From the human T2T-CHM13v2.0 reference genome, Homo sapiens: a DNA stretch of 64,000 bases. Positions within the stretch are counted from its first letter, which is position 1. Every line of letters begins with the position of its first letter. The notes beneath the pieces were generated by a model. That model had not been told where the DNA came from and searched no databases. It worked only from the letters and a program-made list of their open reading frames with translations. Shown here piece by piece: positions 35,640 to 49,800 of the stretch. Made by a program: the position numbers and the translations under genes. Location: assembly GCF_009914755.1 (NCBI RefSeq), contig NC_060925.1, one strand, 5' to 3'.

Positions 35640-36030
35640 CAGTGTCCCTTTTTCCCGAATACAAGATAAGACATTACTGATGACATTTTAAGTCACCGTG
35701 GCCATGTGGCTTACTTTGACAGATGAATTGTGAGCATGTATGTATAACCTGGTCCATAAGCCCGGACATTGATTAGCAACTATAATCAGAATTGCTATGG
35801 TCCACATATATCCCTAACGCTTAACAGGATGAACAAGTGAATGAACTGAAAGTAAATTTTGTCATGTAAAGTCATCAAGATTATGGGAGGCTGAGGTGGG
35901 AGAATCACTTGAACCCAGGAGGCGGAGGTGGCAGTGAACCGAGATCATGCCACTGCCCTCCAGCAAAGATTATGGGATTATTTGATTTGCTTATTTTCTA
36001 GTAGTATAATCTAGTATATCATTATTGATG
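35640..36030 (+). mobile_element. MLT1-like (ERVL-MaLR) LTR remnant carrying an Alu fragment
   Basis: gtggccatgtggcttactttgacagatgaattgtgagc and aaattttgtcatgtaaagtcatcaagattatggga...tttg resemble MLT1 LTR motifs. Confidence 0.5.
35884..35964 (+). mobile_element. Tailless internal Alu right-arm fragment
   Basis: gggaggctgaggtgggagaatcacttgaacccaggaggcggagg...ctccagc, no A tail, flanked by aagattatggga repeats. Confidence 0.92.
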
Positions 36031-37329
36031 TAAAGTTTTTTGACTCTGGGAAATCTTAGGAAGGTAATAAGGAGCTAATGTCTGTATATAAATTGGAATC
36101 TAAGGGGTGAGGGTTTGTTTTTTTTTTCCTTGTTTCCTGAAGACAAGATTCACCTCAGTTACAACTAGATCATGCATTCATTAAATGTTGGAAAAACAAA
36201 GCAATGGAGCGCTGAATTAAAAACATGCTGTTGGATGTAATTACCATAATGAGAACATTTTACCTAAGGCATCTCAGGATTTCATCCAGATGCTTTATGT
36301 TTATATTAAATAAGAACATTGTTGTATCTAACTAAGTGTTGTATTCTACTTGGAGCCTTCACAGAACGTAACTATCTTCCCATCATAACGTTTGCAAGTC
36401 TTTCAATTAAATAGGCACAATCGTTAGTTTAATGTAACTCAGTCCTTTTCAAGACACCACTGTGATATAGAACACACATATGGGCTGTAACCAGTTTAAC
36501 CAGAACATTACTTTGAAAATATTTTTGGGGATCATACTCTAAGGAGCCTCTATTTGTTTATTAGAGTTTTATGTTTGTCTGCTAAAAACTCTGATGTGCA
36601 ATCATCTACTATGTATGTCCATACAACGTTAATTTTTCTACAATGTTTATTATAATTTTATCCCTACTCAGCTCATAAAAAGGCTAGAAAATAAGAATGA
36701 CATCATCAAATTTCAGTTAAATGCTGGTCACATAATTGCCACATTGCCATTAACCTTTCTTATTAGCATTTAAATATATACAAATACACAAATGTACTCA
36801 GTATATTTAAAAGATATTAACTGTCATGATTTCTTTAAAAGTACACACATATGTTTGGCTTTCCCAAAACACAGAATTTGCCACTCTTCATATTAGAAAT
36901 TTTGGATTAAATACCAATGAAAAAGAAACCCAAAATATATTGACAAAAGCAGATGATGCAGTAGCTGAAAAGATTTACCTTTAACTGTTAATTTCCATTA
37001 AATGAAGTTGTCTAAAGTCCTAAATGCTATTATTACATTACTTTTCACATTACTATATTTGTTGGCTAGTAATTTTATCAATAACCATTAAAATTTTCAG
37101 ACACAATAGAATCTTAAAATAAATATATTACCTAAGCATTCATGTCTACTGGAACAAATTCAAAACAAAAATCACAAATTAACTTGCCAAACTTTAATAA
37201 CGATAACATTCTAATTACATCTGTAAAATCATATGGATCTTAAGAAATGGCACTAATGTCAATATTGGCTCCCCATAATTTTATTGAGAAACTGTGATAT
37301 ATAAAATTGACTTTAAAAGCATTTTTACT

Positions 37330-37637
37330 GGCTGGGCACAGTGGCTCATGCCTGTAATCCAAGCACTTTGGGAGGCTGAGGCGGACGGATCACTTCAGGT
37401 CAGGAGTTCGAGACCAGCCTGGCCAACATGGTGAAACCCTGTCTCTACTAAAAAAAAAAAGAAAAAAAAAATAGCCGACTGTGGTGGTGTGTGCCTGTAA
37501 TCCCAGCTACTCAGGAGGCTGAGGCAGGAGGATCACTTGACCTGGGAGGCAGAGGTTGCAGTGAGCCAAAATTGTGCCACTGTACCCCAGCCTGGGCCGC
37601 AGAGCGAGACTCCATCTCAAAAAACAAAAACAAAAAC
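37330..37637 (+). mobile_element. AluS (Sx/Sz-like)
   Basis: Full dimeric Alu; imperfect TSD aaaagcatttttac / aaaacattcttac. Confidence 0.95.
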
Positions 37638-40600
37638 ATTCTTACCATATAGCTTCAACATCTCACAAATGACACTGTTTTCCATTTGGCTGGTAAAAGG
37701 AAAATGTTTTAAATGGCCTGGATGCCTGTACCACTGAAGCTAGTGTTTATAAAACAGCTAAATGCTCAGCAATTGGCAAGATAAAAAAGTCCACTCTCCC
37801 TTTAGCCCCTTGATACATCAAACTTTTTAAAATAAATTTAATAGTAGTAGAGTTTAATTTTTTTTTTAAGCTTGGGAAAAATTTTTGGATGATGCTGGAA
37901 ATTTAGCAGAATGAATCTATTCCAATAAAATACTGGGGATAAAAGTCCAATCACAAATACAACTTATGTAAAGTGTTTATATGTAGGATTTCTGATAAGC
38001 ACTGATTAATGACTGTTGTATTTTGAAAAAGCTGCCAAACTCAAAGTAGACTACAGAAGACAATTGGCATGACTGCAACAAAAACAATTGCCATCTCAGT
38101 AGAACAACAAGAATTAATTGTAGCTGTAACCTCATGACTATCATTGAAACAAAAAAGATGAAGGTGGGGCTATTGAGAAATTTTTAAAGGATGGTCTGGT
38201 TTATGGCTAGTTATGCACACTTCAGATTTTTAAAATATGTTATATTTTAGGGCTTTGAAATTACTGAAAATAATTTAATTTTATGTTACATAGTTTTAAA
38301 TCACTTTCATAGCTTAATAGGGTTTTATGCAAACTAAGAGAAATACAACACAAATGCAGGTATATATGATAATACAGAAATTGATTAAGCTTGTTTAAAT
38401 TAAATCACATTTTGAACACTTGTTAGCAAAAGCTTTCTGTAAAAACATACAAACATGCTGTTAATGATCTTCTCATTTGAATAAAGGAAAATATGTAAGA
38501 ATTTTGCTTAAATTTTGCTTTCTAAAGTTTGAAAGTATAGTTTAATTTCTATCACAAATATTATATCAACTTATCAAAATTACTCCTTAATTACATTCAT
38601 ATAATAATACAGATTAGGTAACTATTGATAAGTGTAGACAAGTCAAGAGGCATAGACATATCTGAGCTAAAATAAAATAAAATAAAATATTTAGTCTGTT
38701 TCTGATAAAAAGAGATACATGGAATGTTTTTATTTTAGCATTTATACTTACAGAAGTAATTCATTATCTTCATTAATAGATATAAATATTTGCATTTGTG
38801 AATATATTTTATTATTTTAGATAGGGAATTTTAATTTTTAAAAGGAAATGGAATTTGGAGTGAAACAACTGAAGTTTCAAATCCTATACTCACCAATTTA
38901 ATTCACAAAATGTAAAGCTTTCAGAATTTTTGCAAGTTCATAACCTCGGTGATATAAACACACCTCATCTATGATCATGGGTGTAATAAAACTGATACAG
39001 GAGACATTTTGAAGTAAAATTTGTAAAACTTAACTACAGTAGTACAGATAACATGGATTACTTCTTAGTAATTTTTGGTACATGTAAATTTGTGAAGTGG
39101 GTTTTTTGTGCCAGGATGTTAATTTTTAAAAATGTATAAATATTATTGATTAAGGTAATGCGATTTTGTGGAATTAATAAGTAAAAATTTACAAAAGAAT
39201 TTATAAATAAAATCACTTAAAGAATATGCACCACACCAGTGTTGTTCCAGGTATAGACTAATAAGTTTAATGCTCATAAAGATAGGTAAATGTGAAATAG
39301 ATATCTGTTAATGAAAAAATAATGTTTGCTGACAATTTCTTCAATTATTTAGGCAACATTTCCACTGAGATTTCTTTATGATGATACAACATCTACCTTA
39401 AATTAAACATTGGATTTTTTTTTAAACCATGGATTATGTGAAGGTAACTAACCAATTATATATCTGAGATTACAATAAATTACAACTTCACATATTGCTT
39501 CATTTCAAGTTACATGAAGTAAGAAGGCAAAATGAAGGATTTTTTAAAGAATAACTGCATTTCTAGTGACAATAAATATAAATTGCCCATCTTTTAAAGA
39601 AAATTTTTCATAATAAAGATGAGTTTTGAATAATAACTCAATTCAGTAGAATTTACATTTTTCCTGAAATATGTCTTAAAATGTCTTAAAGGGAATTCCT
39701 TTTAAAATGTTAGATGATTTTTCCCACATAGTTGAGGCAAATGAAAATGTGTTGCTGCAGGTCATAGGCTTTAATATACAAATAATTTATTTCAACATGC
39801 TCTTAATTTTATGTCTTTCATATATACATCAGATAGGGAGACTGAATATGGTACTTTGTGACAAAATAAATTTTCAGAAAAAGTATAAACTTAAGTTTAC
39901 AAGGTATAAATTTTTTATTCCCCAAATTATAACCTTTCAGTATGAATCAGGCTTGATTGTTAGAATACAATTTTACACACAAACACTTTATAAAATATTA
40001 ACAGGTAATTTCATCTTTCTGTGGATACCACTGTCTTGTATGGATTACAAATTGAAACTTGTTATCTAGCAAGCACTTGGTCTTACCATCTTCTTTTGGG
40101 GATTTATATAATATAAACTTCTTAAATATTACCTGCTTCATATGAACTTCAAAGACACTAACAATATGTGGGAACTGCCATCTTTTCTGCTCTACCATAC
40201 CTGTCTCCAATTAATTCAGGTCCTCTTGTTATATGCACTCGTGGCACAATTTTCTTTTCCTTCTGTGAACTTACTTGTGTCACTCTTTGATTCATGTTTC
40301 ATGTAGATGTGAATTATTTTTTCTTATAACCATTGTATTTTTAAGACTCAAATGAATGACCCATAGTAGTCACTCATTAAATACACTCGGAATCATGAAA
40401 TGAGTAAATATTCTCATGTGAGCTAAAATGAAATAGCTACCTAAGTATGAAAAAGAATGAGGTTTCCTACTAGTTAGTATACACCCTGACTAAAGTTCAC
40501 AGAAAATCAAACTCAGTAGAGGAATATATTTCTCAATTATCCTCTTTGAGTGTTCATGTGACTAGGGCAAATTAAAAGTTAACTATTTGCTCTAAACTGA

Positions 40601-41689
40601 GAAACACTAACCGTATGTAAAAACCTACTCCCACTGATATCTAAAATATATGTTTGGAAGTTTAGAAATATGCTATCATTTCCTGCTAGGGCAGTAAAAT
40701 GTATAGTTGTGGTACTCCAAGCATCTTACGGTTAATACACTTTGAGAACAGCAATCCAGATATTTCAGCTATAAAAAGATTTTTAATTTCTCTAATCTAT
40801 GCCAGCCATAAGGCAGGGGAAGCACATTGATATAGACAAATTCAGTTTTCATCTTTTATGGGCGAAATAAATATATTTGACTAGTTTTCTCCTATAAACT
40901 TTAAAATGTAATTTTTCACTGATTAGCAGTCAATAAGTTTATACGTTTGGTAGGCAAAAACAACTTTCATACTAGTGTTCATTAAACATTTTCTGCCAGA
41001 TAACTTTTACTTCATCATTGAAATTGAAATGATAATTTAATTAGACTTGTTTCTAAGCGATCAACCTATGAATTTTAAACTATGGCACTGAGGTGTGTGC
41101 TCTTTTTATCTCCTTGTGATAAATGAGAGAAGATTGTTAGAAATAAATTCTCCGAGGCTGTATATCTAGCAAGAATTTGAATCTAGGGGGTGAGACCTCA
41201 AACTTAATGACATTAACTCATTTACAGATTGATAGCAACTTTGATTGAAAGGTGGCTGTTACTGGTAATGTATATCTGTGAGTGTTTGTGTGTGTGTGTG
41301 CACGTGTGTGTGTGTGTATTTGTGGGAAGCATGGAGGATGCATGGGAGAGACAGAAAAAGATATGGAGTATAGAGAGAGAGAGGAAAGAGAAGAAACAGA
41401 CAAGGTTGAGAGAAGTTTATCCATTAAATGGGGAGGAATGTGAGAAATACTAATATATATCAAACAGAAGCAAAAAGCCAAGTATAGATTAATCTTTTAT
41501 TGTCCTGACTAGCTACCCAGGAAACAGAGAATGTAAACCTCTACATGGTAGAAGGACTTAAAGGGCCTTTGAGAGTATTTCACATTTCTTAAAAGATGAA
41601 TTGTAGGAAGTGAATGATTAAAGAGGTTTATAATCAGTTACTTTAATAGGTGATATAGTATAGTCCAAACTCTGAGCTCAGGGTGCAGA

Positions 41690-42760
41690 GAACACAAGCA
41701 CAGACAACAAATGCATATATAGATGCATTGGATTACAACAAAGTTAAAAGCTTCCAAACAACAAAGGAAATAATATACAGAATGGGAGAAAATAAGGGGT
41801 TCATATCCAAAATATATAAGGTGCTAAAATAAATCAATAATAAAAAGTAAAACAAATAAAAATACCCTGATTTGAAAATGAAAGAAGGACCTGAATAGAT
41901 ATTTCTCAAAAGAAGATCTAAAAGTGGCCACCATTTTAATAAAAAATATTCAACATCACTAATCATCAGGGAAATGCAAATTGAAACCACAATGAGATAT
42001 CACTTCACTCCTGCTAGAATAGTTACAATTAAAAAGACAAAAGTTAACAAACTTTGGCAAGGATATGGAGAAAAGGTAACCCTTGCACACAGTTGGTGAG
42101 AACGTAAATTGAAACAGCCATTGTGGAGAACAGTTTGGAGATTTTTCAAAAAATAAAAATAGAACTACCATATGATTTGGCAATCCCACCACTGGGTATA
42201 TATACGTATTTATATGTTGAAGAGATATCTGCACTTCCATGTTTATTGCAGCATAATTCACAGTAGCCAAGACATAGACCCAACCTGTGACCATTGGTGA
42301 AAGAATGGATTTTAAAAGGTGTTATATGTACACAATGGAGTACTTATCAGCCATAATAAAGAATGAAATACTGTCATTTGTGGCAATATGGATGAACCTG
42401 GAGGAGAGGACATTATGTTAAGTGAAATAAGCCAGGTATAGAAAGAAAAATTCCACTTGACCTTTCTCATATGTGAAATCTGAAAAAGTTGATCCCATAA
42501 AAGCAGAGAGTAGACTGGTAGCTACCAGAGGATGGGGATATGGAGCCATGGGAGGGTTTGGAAAATGCTGGCCAAATGATACAAAATGACAGAAGGAAGA
42601 AGTTCAAGAGGTCCATTGTAGAGCATGGCAATTATAGTTAATGGCCATATATTGTATTCTTGAAAAGGAAGTGATCAGCAAACCTAAAATACTGATGAAC
42701 TGTAAAACTTATTATGAAGAGTCACTCTACATGACAAGAAAAAATATAAAATAAAAAAAA
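41690..42760 (+). mobile_element. L1MA/L1PB-type 3' portion (ORF2 C-terminus plus 3'UTR)
   Basis: caacatcactaatcatcagggaaatgcaaatt...gagatatctgcacttccatgtttattgcagca...ggatgaacctggagga. Confidence 0.88.
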
Positions 42761-42764
42761 TGAC

Positions 42765-43062
42765 AACTGGGCACAGTCGCTCATGCCTGTAATCCTGAAA
42801 CTTTGGAAGGCTGAGGCTGGAAGATTGCTTGGGCCCAGGAGTTCGAGAGAAGCATGGGCAACATAGCTTGCTCTCTACAAAAAAATAAAAAATAGCTTAC
42901 TCTGGTGGCATTTGCCTGTAGTCCTATCTACTCAAGAGGCTGAGAAGGGAAGGGAGAATCACTTGAGCCCAGGAAGTCTAGTCTACCTTGATCTGTGATT
43001 GCACCACTGCACCTCAGCCTGGGTGACAGAGCAAGATCCTGTCTCTAAATAAATAAATAAAC
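42765..43062 (+). mobile_element. AluJ
   Basis: Diverged dimeric Alu with J-type gattgcttgggcccaggagttc. Confidence 0.9.
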
Positions 43063-43074
43063 AGAAGAGTAAAG

Positions 43075-46000
43075 TCTATTTTTGATGGGAGAAATTTTGG
43101 TACTTCTTTAATCTTTGTACTCACTATTGGTTTATTCAGGTTTTCATGTAATTCGTGATTCAGTATAGGTAAGTTGTATTTTTCCAAGAATGTATCCATT
43201 TTTTCTAGGTTTTCCAATTTGTTAGCATATAGGAATTCATAGTAGTCTCTAACAATCTTTTGTATTTTTGTGTTATTTATTGTAATGTCTTCTTTTTATC
43301 TGTGATTTTGCTTATATGTGTCTTCTTCCTTCTTATACTAGATAAATGTTTGTTCATCTTTTTAAAAATATTATTTTTGATTTGTTGATCTTTTGTAATA
43401 TTTTAATCTCACTTTCATTTATTTCTGCTCTAATCTTTACTATTTCTTTTCTTTTACTAATTTTGGGATTGGTTTGCATTTACTTCTCTACATTTCTTGA
43501 GGTGCATCATTAAGTTTTTATGTGAAGTCTTTTTGTTGTCTTAGGCATTTATTGTGATATTCTTCTTATTCCTGCTTTATCTATATTTCATATGTATTGT
43601 TATGTTTTGATTTCCTTTTTATGCATTTTAAGACATTTTAAATTTTTCTTTTTTAATTTTTTTATCAATACATAAGTCATTCAGTAGCATGTTGTTTTAT
43701 TCCCATGTATTTGTACAGTTTCCATCATTCCTCTTGTTACTGATTTCTAGTTTTAGTCCATTATGGTCAGAAAAGATACTTGATATGATTTCAATTTTTT
43801 TGAATCTCTTGAAATTGTTTTGTGTCTTTACATATCATCTATCCTGAAGATATTCCATGTGTTGATGAGAAGATTGTTTATTCTGCAGCAGTTTGAGTGA
43901 AATGTTCTGGAAATGTCAGCTTGATCCATTTGGTCTGGAGCATAGTTTAACTTTGATGTTTCCTTGTTGGTTTTCTGCCTGAATAATCTAAACATTGCTG
44001 AAAATGGGGTTTTGAAGTCCCCTATTATCATTGCATTGAAGTGTATCTTTCCCTTGAGATCTATTAAATTTGCTTTACATATTTGGGTGTTGTGGTATTA
44101 GTACACAAACATTTACTATCATTATATCCTGTTACTGAATTGATGCTTTTATCATTATACAGTGAACTTCGCTCACGCTTTTTACAGTTTTTGATTTAAT
44201 GTCTATTTTATATAATGTAAGCATAGCTACTCCTGCTCTTTTTTGGTTTTCATTTTCATAGAATATATATTTCCACCTCTTCAATTTCAATCTATGTATG
44301 TCTTTATAGGTAAAGTGGATTGTTTGTAGGCACCATACAGTCAGATTTAGCTTTTTGTTCTTTTTTAATTCATTCAGCCACAAAATTTTAATTGGAACAT
44401 TTAGTCTATTTATATTCAGTGTTGTTATTGGTAGGTAAGGACTTGATACTGCCATTTTGTTACTAGATGTTCTGTAGCTCCTCTCTTCCTCTCTTCACTT
44501 CTTACTGTTTTCCTTTCCTGTTAAGTTATTTCCTCTGGTGGTATTTTTAATTCCTTAAGTTTTACTTTTAGGGTATTTATTATAGTTTTTGGCATTGTGG
44601 TTGTCATTAACTTTACAAAAACATCTTATAGCTATCAGAAGTACCTCAAAATACCTTTTTTTTTTTTTTGAGTCAGGGTCTCACTCTGTTGCCTAGACTA
44701 GTCTGCAGTTGCACAATCATGGCTCACTGCAGACTCGATTTCCCAGGTCTCAAGTGATCCTCCCAGCTCAGCCTCCTGAGTAGCTGAGACTCCAGGCATG
44801 TGTTACCATGCCTGACTAATTTTTTGTAGAGATAGGGTCTCACTTTGTTGCCCATGCTGGTCATTAACTCTTAGGCTCAAGTGATCCTCCTGCCTTGGCC
44901 TCTCAAAGAGCTTGGATTATAGGGATGAGCCACTTCACCTGGCCCTCAAAACAGCTATTTTCAGTTCCTGGCTGAGAGGGCAAACCTCACCTCTCCAGGT
45001 CTGGTGACTGGCACTTTATTTAATCAATTTTGTTAGGTTATATTTCCTTGAATATTTTGGATACTTGGAGGCATGCATCAATAACTAGGCATTGAAAAAT
45101 TAGGTATTTATTTCAGTCTTGCCTTGTTTGTACCTGTCCTTCTTCAGAGAGTCTTCCAGTAGTTTAAAGGGGACTGCCTGTTGAGCTCCGTAAGCCAGTG
45201 GTTGCTCTTGGCATTTTAGCACTAAAGGGTGCCCTGACCCTAGGTTTGTTGTAAGTCTTGCAAACTGCTAGCTCACCAACCCTCCAACCTGAACATGGAA
45301 AAGACATGGGACAGTTCCCTGGGTTTCTAGGCAAAGTCCTTTGCTCTCCTCCCACTTTCCCTCAAGCAGAAGGATTCTCTCTCTACTCTGTACTTTCTGT
45401 AGTTGAAGAAGGGGTGACGCAGGCCACCAGTAGCCTCTGCAGCTTGTAAGGTACTGAATTGCACCCAAAGCCTCTTTGACCAGCACAGTGTAGGGGCTTG
45501 GTCAAGGCCTGTAGTCACTGCTGCCTGACTGACACTGACACTTATTCAAGGCCTGAGGCTACGTTAGGCAGCCAGTAGAGAAGAGGGCCAGAACTCCGGT
45601 TTGTTCTGCCAGGATGGTGGATTCCCTTCTGGCCCAGGATGGATCTAGAAGTGCCAAGCAGCTCACTTGGTTCTGTCCTTTGTTGTTTTAAGTGGTGGGG
45701 TTCGTACTTGGGTCTTAGGCAAAGCCCCTGTACTCTTCCCTCTTCTTTTCCCAACACAGGGATTCTCTCTCCACACTGCACTGCCTGGGGTTGGGGGAGG
45801 AGTGATCTGGGCACTCTAATGGCTGCCACAACTTACATGATGCTAGGTTGCTCCCCAAGCCATCAGCCTCCCAGACCAGTGCAGTACTGGGACTTGCCCA
45901 AAGCCATGGTCACTACAGCCTGCTTGCCACTGAAATTTACTGAGGGCCCGAGGCCACTGTAGTCAGGTAGTGGTGAAGCAGGCTGGGACTCAGGTTTCTG

Positions 46001-46410
46001 TTACTTGGGTGGCAGATTCCTCTCTGGTGCAGAGACGTCTAAATGCCTCTTCTGTGGGCGCCAGTCTAGAATCAAGGACTATGAGGGCCCTGCCCTGTGT
46101 TGTATTCCACTGTGGCAGGGCCAGCACTAAGTTCCAATGCAAATTCCCACACTCACTTCCCTTTCCCTCCCCAAGCAGCCAGTTTCTCTCTCCACACTGC
46201 TCTCCCTGGTATCAAGAAGGGGTGGTTTAGACAATGTGGTACTGTCCTTTCTAAAGTCTTCAATTCCCCTCTTTTGGTTATTATACCAAAATCAGGCACT
46301 GTGATTAATTTTGTTCTTTTGAATGTGATTTTTAATCTGTATAGTTATTCAATGTAATGTACCTGCAAGGTAACAATCACTGGGAACTTCTAATTGGCCA
46401 TCATGATCTG
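43075..46410 (-). mobile_element. L1PB/L1M 5' half (EN region of ORF2, most of ORF1 apparently missing, GC-rich 5'UTR)
   Basis: ORFs 43828-44031 and 44132-44455 translate to diverged L1 endonuclease (ITTLNINRLN...KRAGVAML; IIGDFKTP); GC-rich 5'UTR-like sequence at 45150-46400. Confidence 0.8.
44656..44944 (-). mobile_element. AluJ nested in L1
   Basis: Reverse dimeric Alu; TSD cctcaaaatacct / cctcaaaacagct. Confidence 0.92.
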
Positions 46411-46593
46411 GCTCCTCATTTGTCTATATTTTTGTTTGTTTGTTTGTTTGCTTTTGTGGTTTTTTTTTTGGGGGGGGGCTGGGCTTTTGGTGTTATATTT
46501 AAAAAATTTTTGCCAAAACCAGTTTTAAGGATCTTTTCCCCTATATTTTATTCTTGAAGTTTTACAGTTTCATGTTATATTTAAGTCTTTAAT

Positions 46594-47846
46594 ATTCCTA
46601 GGATGTACCCACAAACATTAAAAATTAAAAAAAAACATGGGATGTAAGGATGATTTGATATACATGGATAATAAATATGACCCATCTCATTAACAGAATG
46701 AAGGACAAAATCAATATAATTATCTCAATAGACGCAGATAAAGGGTTTCACAAAATTCAACATTCTTTTATGATAAAAACTCTCAACATATTAGGTATAG
46801 AAAAAATGTACCTCAAGATAATAAGGATTATATATGACAATCCTACAGCTAACATACTCAATGGTGAAAAATGAAAAGCTTTTCCTTTTTAAGATCAGGA
46901 ACAACACAAGGCTGCCCACACTCACCATTTCTATTCAGCATAGTACTGGAAATTCTAGCCAGAGAATTTAGGCAAGAAAAATAAATAAAATACATCCAAA
47001 CTGGAAAGGAAGCTAAACTGTCTCTATTGCAGATGACGTAATCTTACACAAAGAAAACCCTAAAGACTCCACTAAACCAAAAAATAAAGTCAGTGAAGTT
47101 GTAGGATACAAACTCAACATACAAAAATCAGTACCATTCCTATACACTAACAAAGAACTATCCACAAAAGGAATTAAGAAAACAACCCCATTTGCGATAG
47201 CATAAAAAAGAATAAAAGGCTTAGGAGTAAATTTAACCAAATAAGTAAAAAATTTGTACACTGGAAATCATAAGGCACTGATGAAAGAAATTGAAGAACA
47301 CATAAAAAAATGAAAAATTATCCAATGTTTATGGATTAGAAGAATTATTATTGTTAAAATGTTCATGCTATCCAAAATGATCCACAGATTTAATGTAATT
47401 CCTGTAAAAATTTCAATGGCATTTTTCACAAAAGTAGAAAAGAGAATCCTAAAATTTATGTAAAATCACAAAAGACTTAAAATAGATGAAACAATATTAA
47501 AAAAACCCCAGCAAACCTAGAGACTTTATACCTCCTGATTTCAAACTACATTACAAAGTTACAGTAATAAAAATAATATGGTACTTGTATAACAAGACAC
47601 ATAATAGAGAGGCCAGAATAAACCTATTCATATATGGTTATCTAATTTTTGACAATGGTGTGAAGAACACACAATCAGGAAATAAACAGTGTTGAGAAAA
47701 CTGGATATTCATAAGTGAAGGATTAAAATTGGACCTTTGTCTCATACAATACACAAAAAAAAAACTCAAAAAAGATTAAAGACTTAAATGTAAGAACTGA
47801 AATCATAAAACTCCTAAAAGAAAACTGTGGAGAGAAAAGCTCCTTG
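46594..47846 (+). mobile_element. L1M/L1PB ORF2 (RT region) fragment
   Basis: ORF 46677-46874 ([22 protein letters not shown]...[14 protein letters not shown]) is L1 RT; continues collinearly. Confidence 0.88.
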
Positions 47847-47849
47847 TTT

Positions 47850-49800
47850 ACAACCTTAATGGGAAAACACTATTTTTCACCATTAAGTGTAATGTCAGCT
47901 GTGGAATTTCATAGATGCAATTTATGAAGTTGAGGAATTTTTCCTTGATTCCTATTTTTCTCAGATTTTTTTCTCATAAATAAATGTTGAATTTCACCAA
48001 ATGCCTTTTTTCTGGAAGAACAGGTATGATCATTTTATTTTTTCTTCTTTACACCGTTCATATTATGGATTATTCTAATTTTAAAATGTTGAACCAAACT
48101 TACAATGCTAGAATAAACTCCACCTGGTCATGGCGTAAATTCCTTTTATATGTAGCTGAATTCTGTTTTCTCGTGTGTGTGTGTGTGTGTGTGTGTGCGT
48201 GTGTGTACCTGTGTGTGTGTGCATGCTTTTTCTTCTGGTTTGTTATCAGGGTAACAGTAGATTGAAAAAAAAATGAACTGGAAGTGTTATTTTCTGGGAA
48301 ATAGTCTGTAAAATTATTGTTAATTCTTATTCAAATATTTGTTAGAATTTTCCAGTGAAATCATCTGGGCCTGAAGATTTATTTGGAGTTTTTAAAATTG
48401 CAACCACAAGGTTTTCAATAATTATAGGGCTAGTCAATGATATAATCTGTGGTCGTTTGTGCTTTTTAAGAAATTGGTCAGCTTAATATGAGTTGTCAAA
48501 TATAAGTGTATAGAGTTTTCACGGTATTCCTAAGTATCCTCTTAATTAATTCTTTATATCCACGAGTTGTGTAGTGCTAACCACTGTTAAGAGTTCTGAC
48601 TTTGGTAATTTGTCTACTGTCTTTTTTTCTTGCTAGAATATTGCCAATTTTATTTTTATTGTTATTATTTTCAAAGAACTAGGTTTTTGTTCATTGATTT
48701 AATCTATTGTTTCTCTTTTTTCAACTTCATTGATTTTTGCTATTATCTTTATGTTTTCTTCATTTGTGTGGGTTAATTTTGCTTTTTAAAGATCTTTGAG
48801 GAGGGAGCATATTATTGGTTTGATTTTTTTTTTCTTTTCTACATGAAAGTTTTTTGTGCTATACATTTCTCTCTCAGCACTGCTTAAATCATGTTCCACA
48901 ATTTTTGATATTTGTGTTTTCATTTTTACTCATTTCTGGGTTTTTTAAAAAATTGGTCTTGGGACTTTGTCTTTAACCTATAGTAAGTTTCGAAGTGTGT
49001 GGTTTGGTTTCCAAGTGTTTGGAAATTTCCTTGTCATTCTAGTATTGCTTTCTTGTATGCTTGAATTATGGTCATAGAATATACTCTGTGTGATCATTAT
49101 TAGTTGAGATTTGTCTCATGACTCTTAATATGCTCTATTTCATGTGACCCGGGGGCCCTGAAAATGTCTGTGCATTTGGTTAAAGAGTTCTATATATATA
49201 TATTGACTAGATCATGTTTGTTGACATTGTTGTGTTCCTCTATATCCTTGCTGACTTTTCATCAAGTTGTTCTAGCAACTGACGACAGAGGTGTTGAAAT
49301 ATCCATCAATAGTTGTGAATTATTTTAGTTCTTCCTTCAATTCTATTAAATTTTGCTTACAATATCCTGCAGCCCAGTTGTTTGGTGCATGCACATTTAA
49401 GGCTAATATGTGTTCATGTTGTATTAATCCTTTATCATTATAGTAAGTGACTGTCTCTGTTAGATTTCTTTGCTCTGAATTCTGCTTTACCTTATACTAA
49501 TATAGTCACTACTTCTTTTTCTGAAATTAATGTTTACCTATTATGTCATTTTCCAGTCTTTACTTCTACCTAACCTATATTGTTATATTTGAAGTGTGTT
49601 TTTTTCATAGACAGCTTACATAGGAGCTAAGTTTTCTTGATCTATTCCACCAATGTCTGTATTTTAATTAGTGTATGTATACCATCTCTATTTAAAGTAA
49701 TGATTAACATTATAAAACTTAAGTACAATGCTTTCTTTTGTTTCTGTTTTCCATTCTCTTTCTCTTTTTTCCTATCCTCTTGAGTTACTTGAATAGTTTT
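47850..49800 (-). mobile_element. Old L1M (MC-like) ORF2 fragment, resuming after the L1PA insertion at about 51450-51900
   Basis: Reverse ORF2 remnants (tttatgaagttgaggaattt; ttccagtgaaatcatctgggcctg; gtttggtgcatgcacatttaagg); contains (TG)n at about 48174-48221. Confidence 0.75.

Noticed and set aside
45150-46400. GC-rich zone with many overlapping short ORFs, possible promoter or gene
   Set aside because: Contiguous with the minus-strand L1 and resembles its 5'UTR; CpG-poor.
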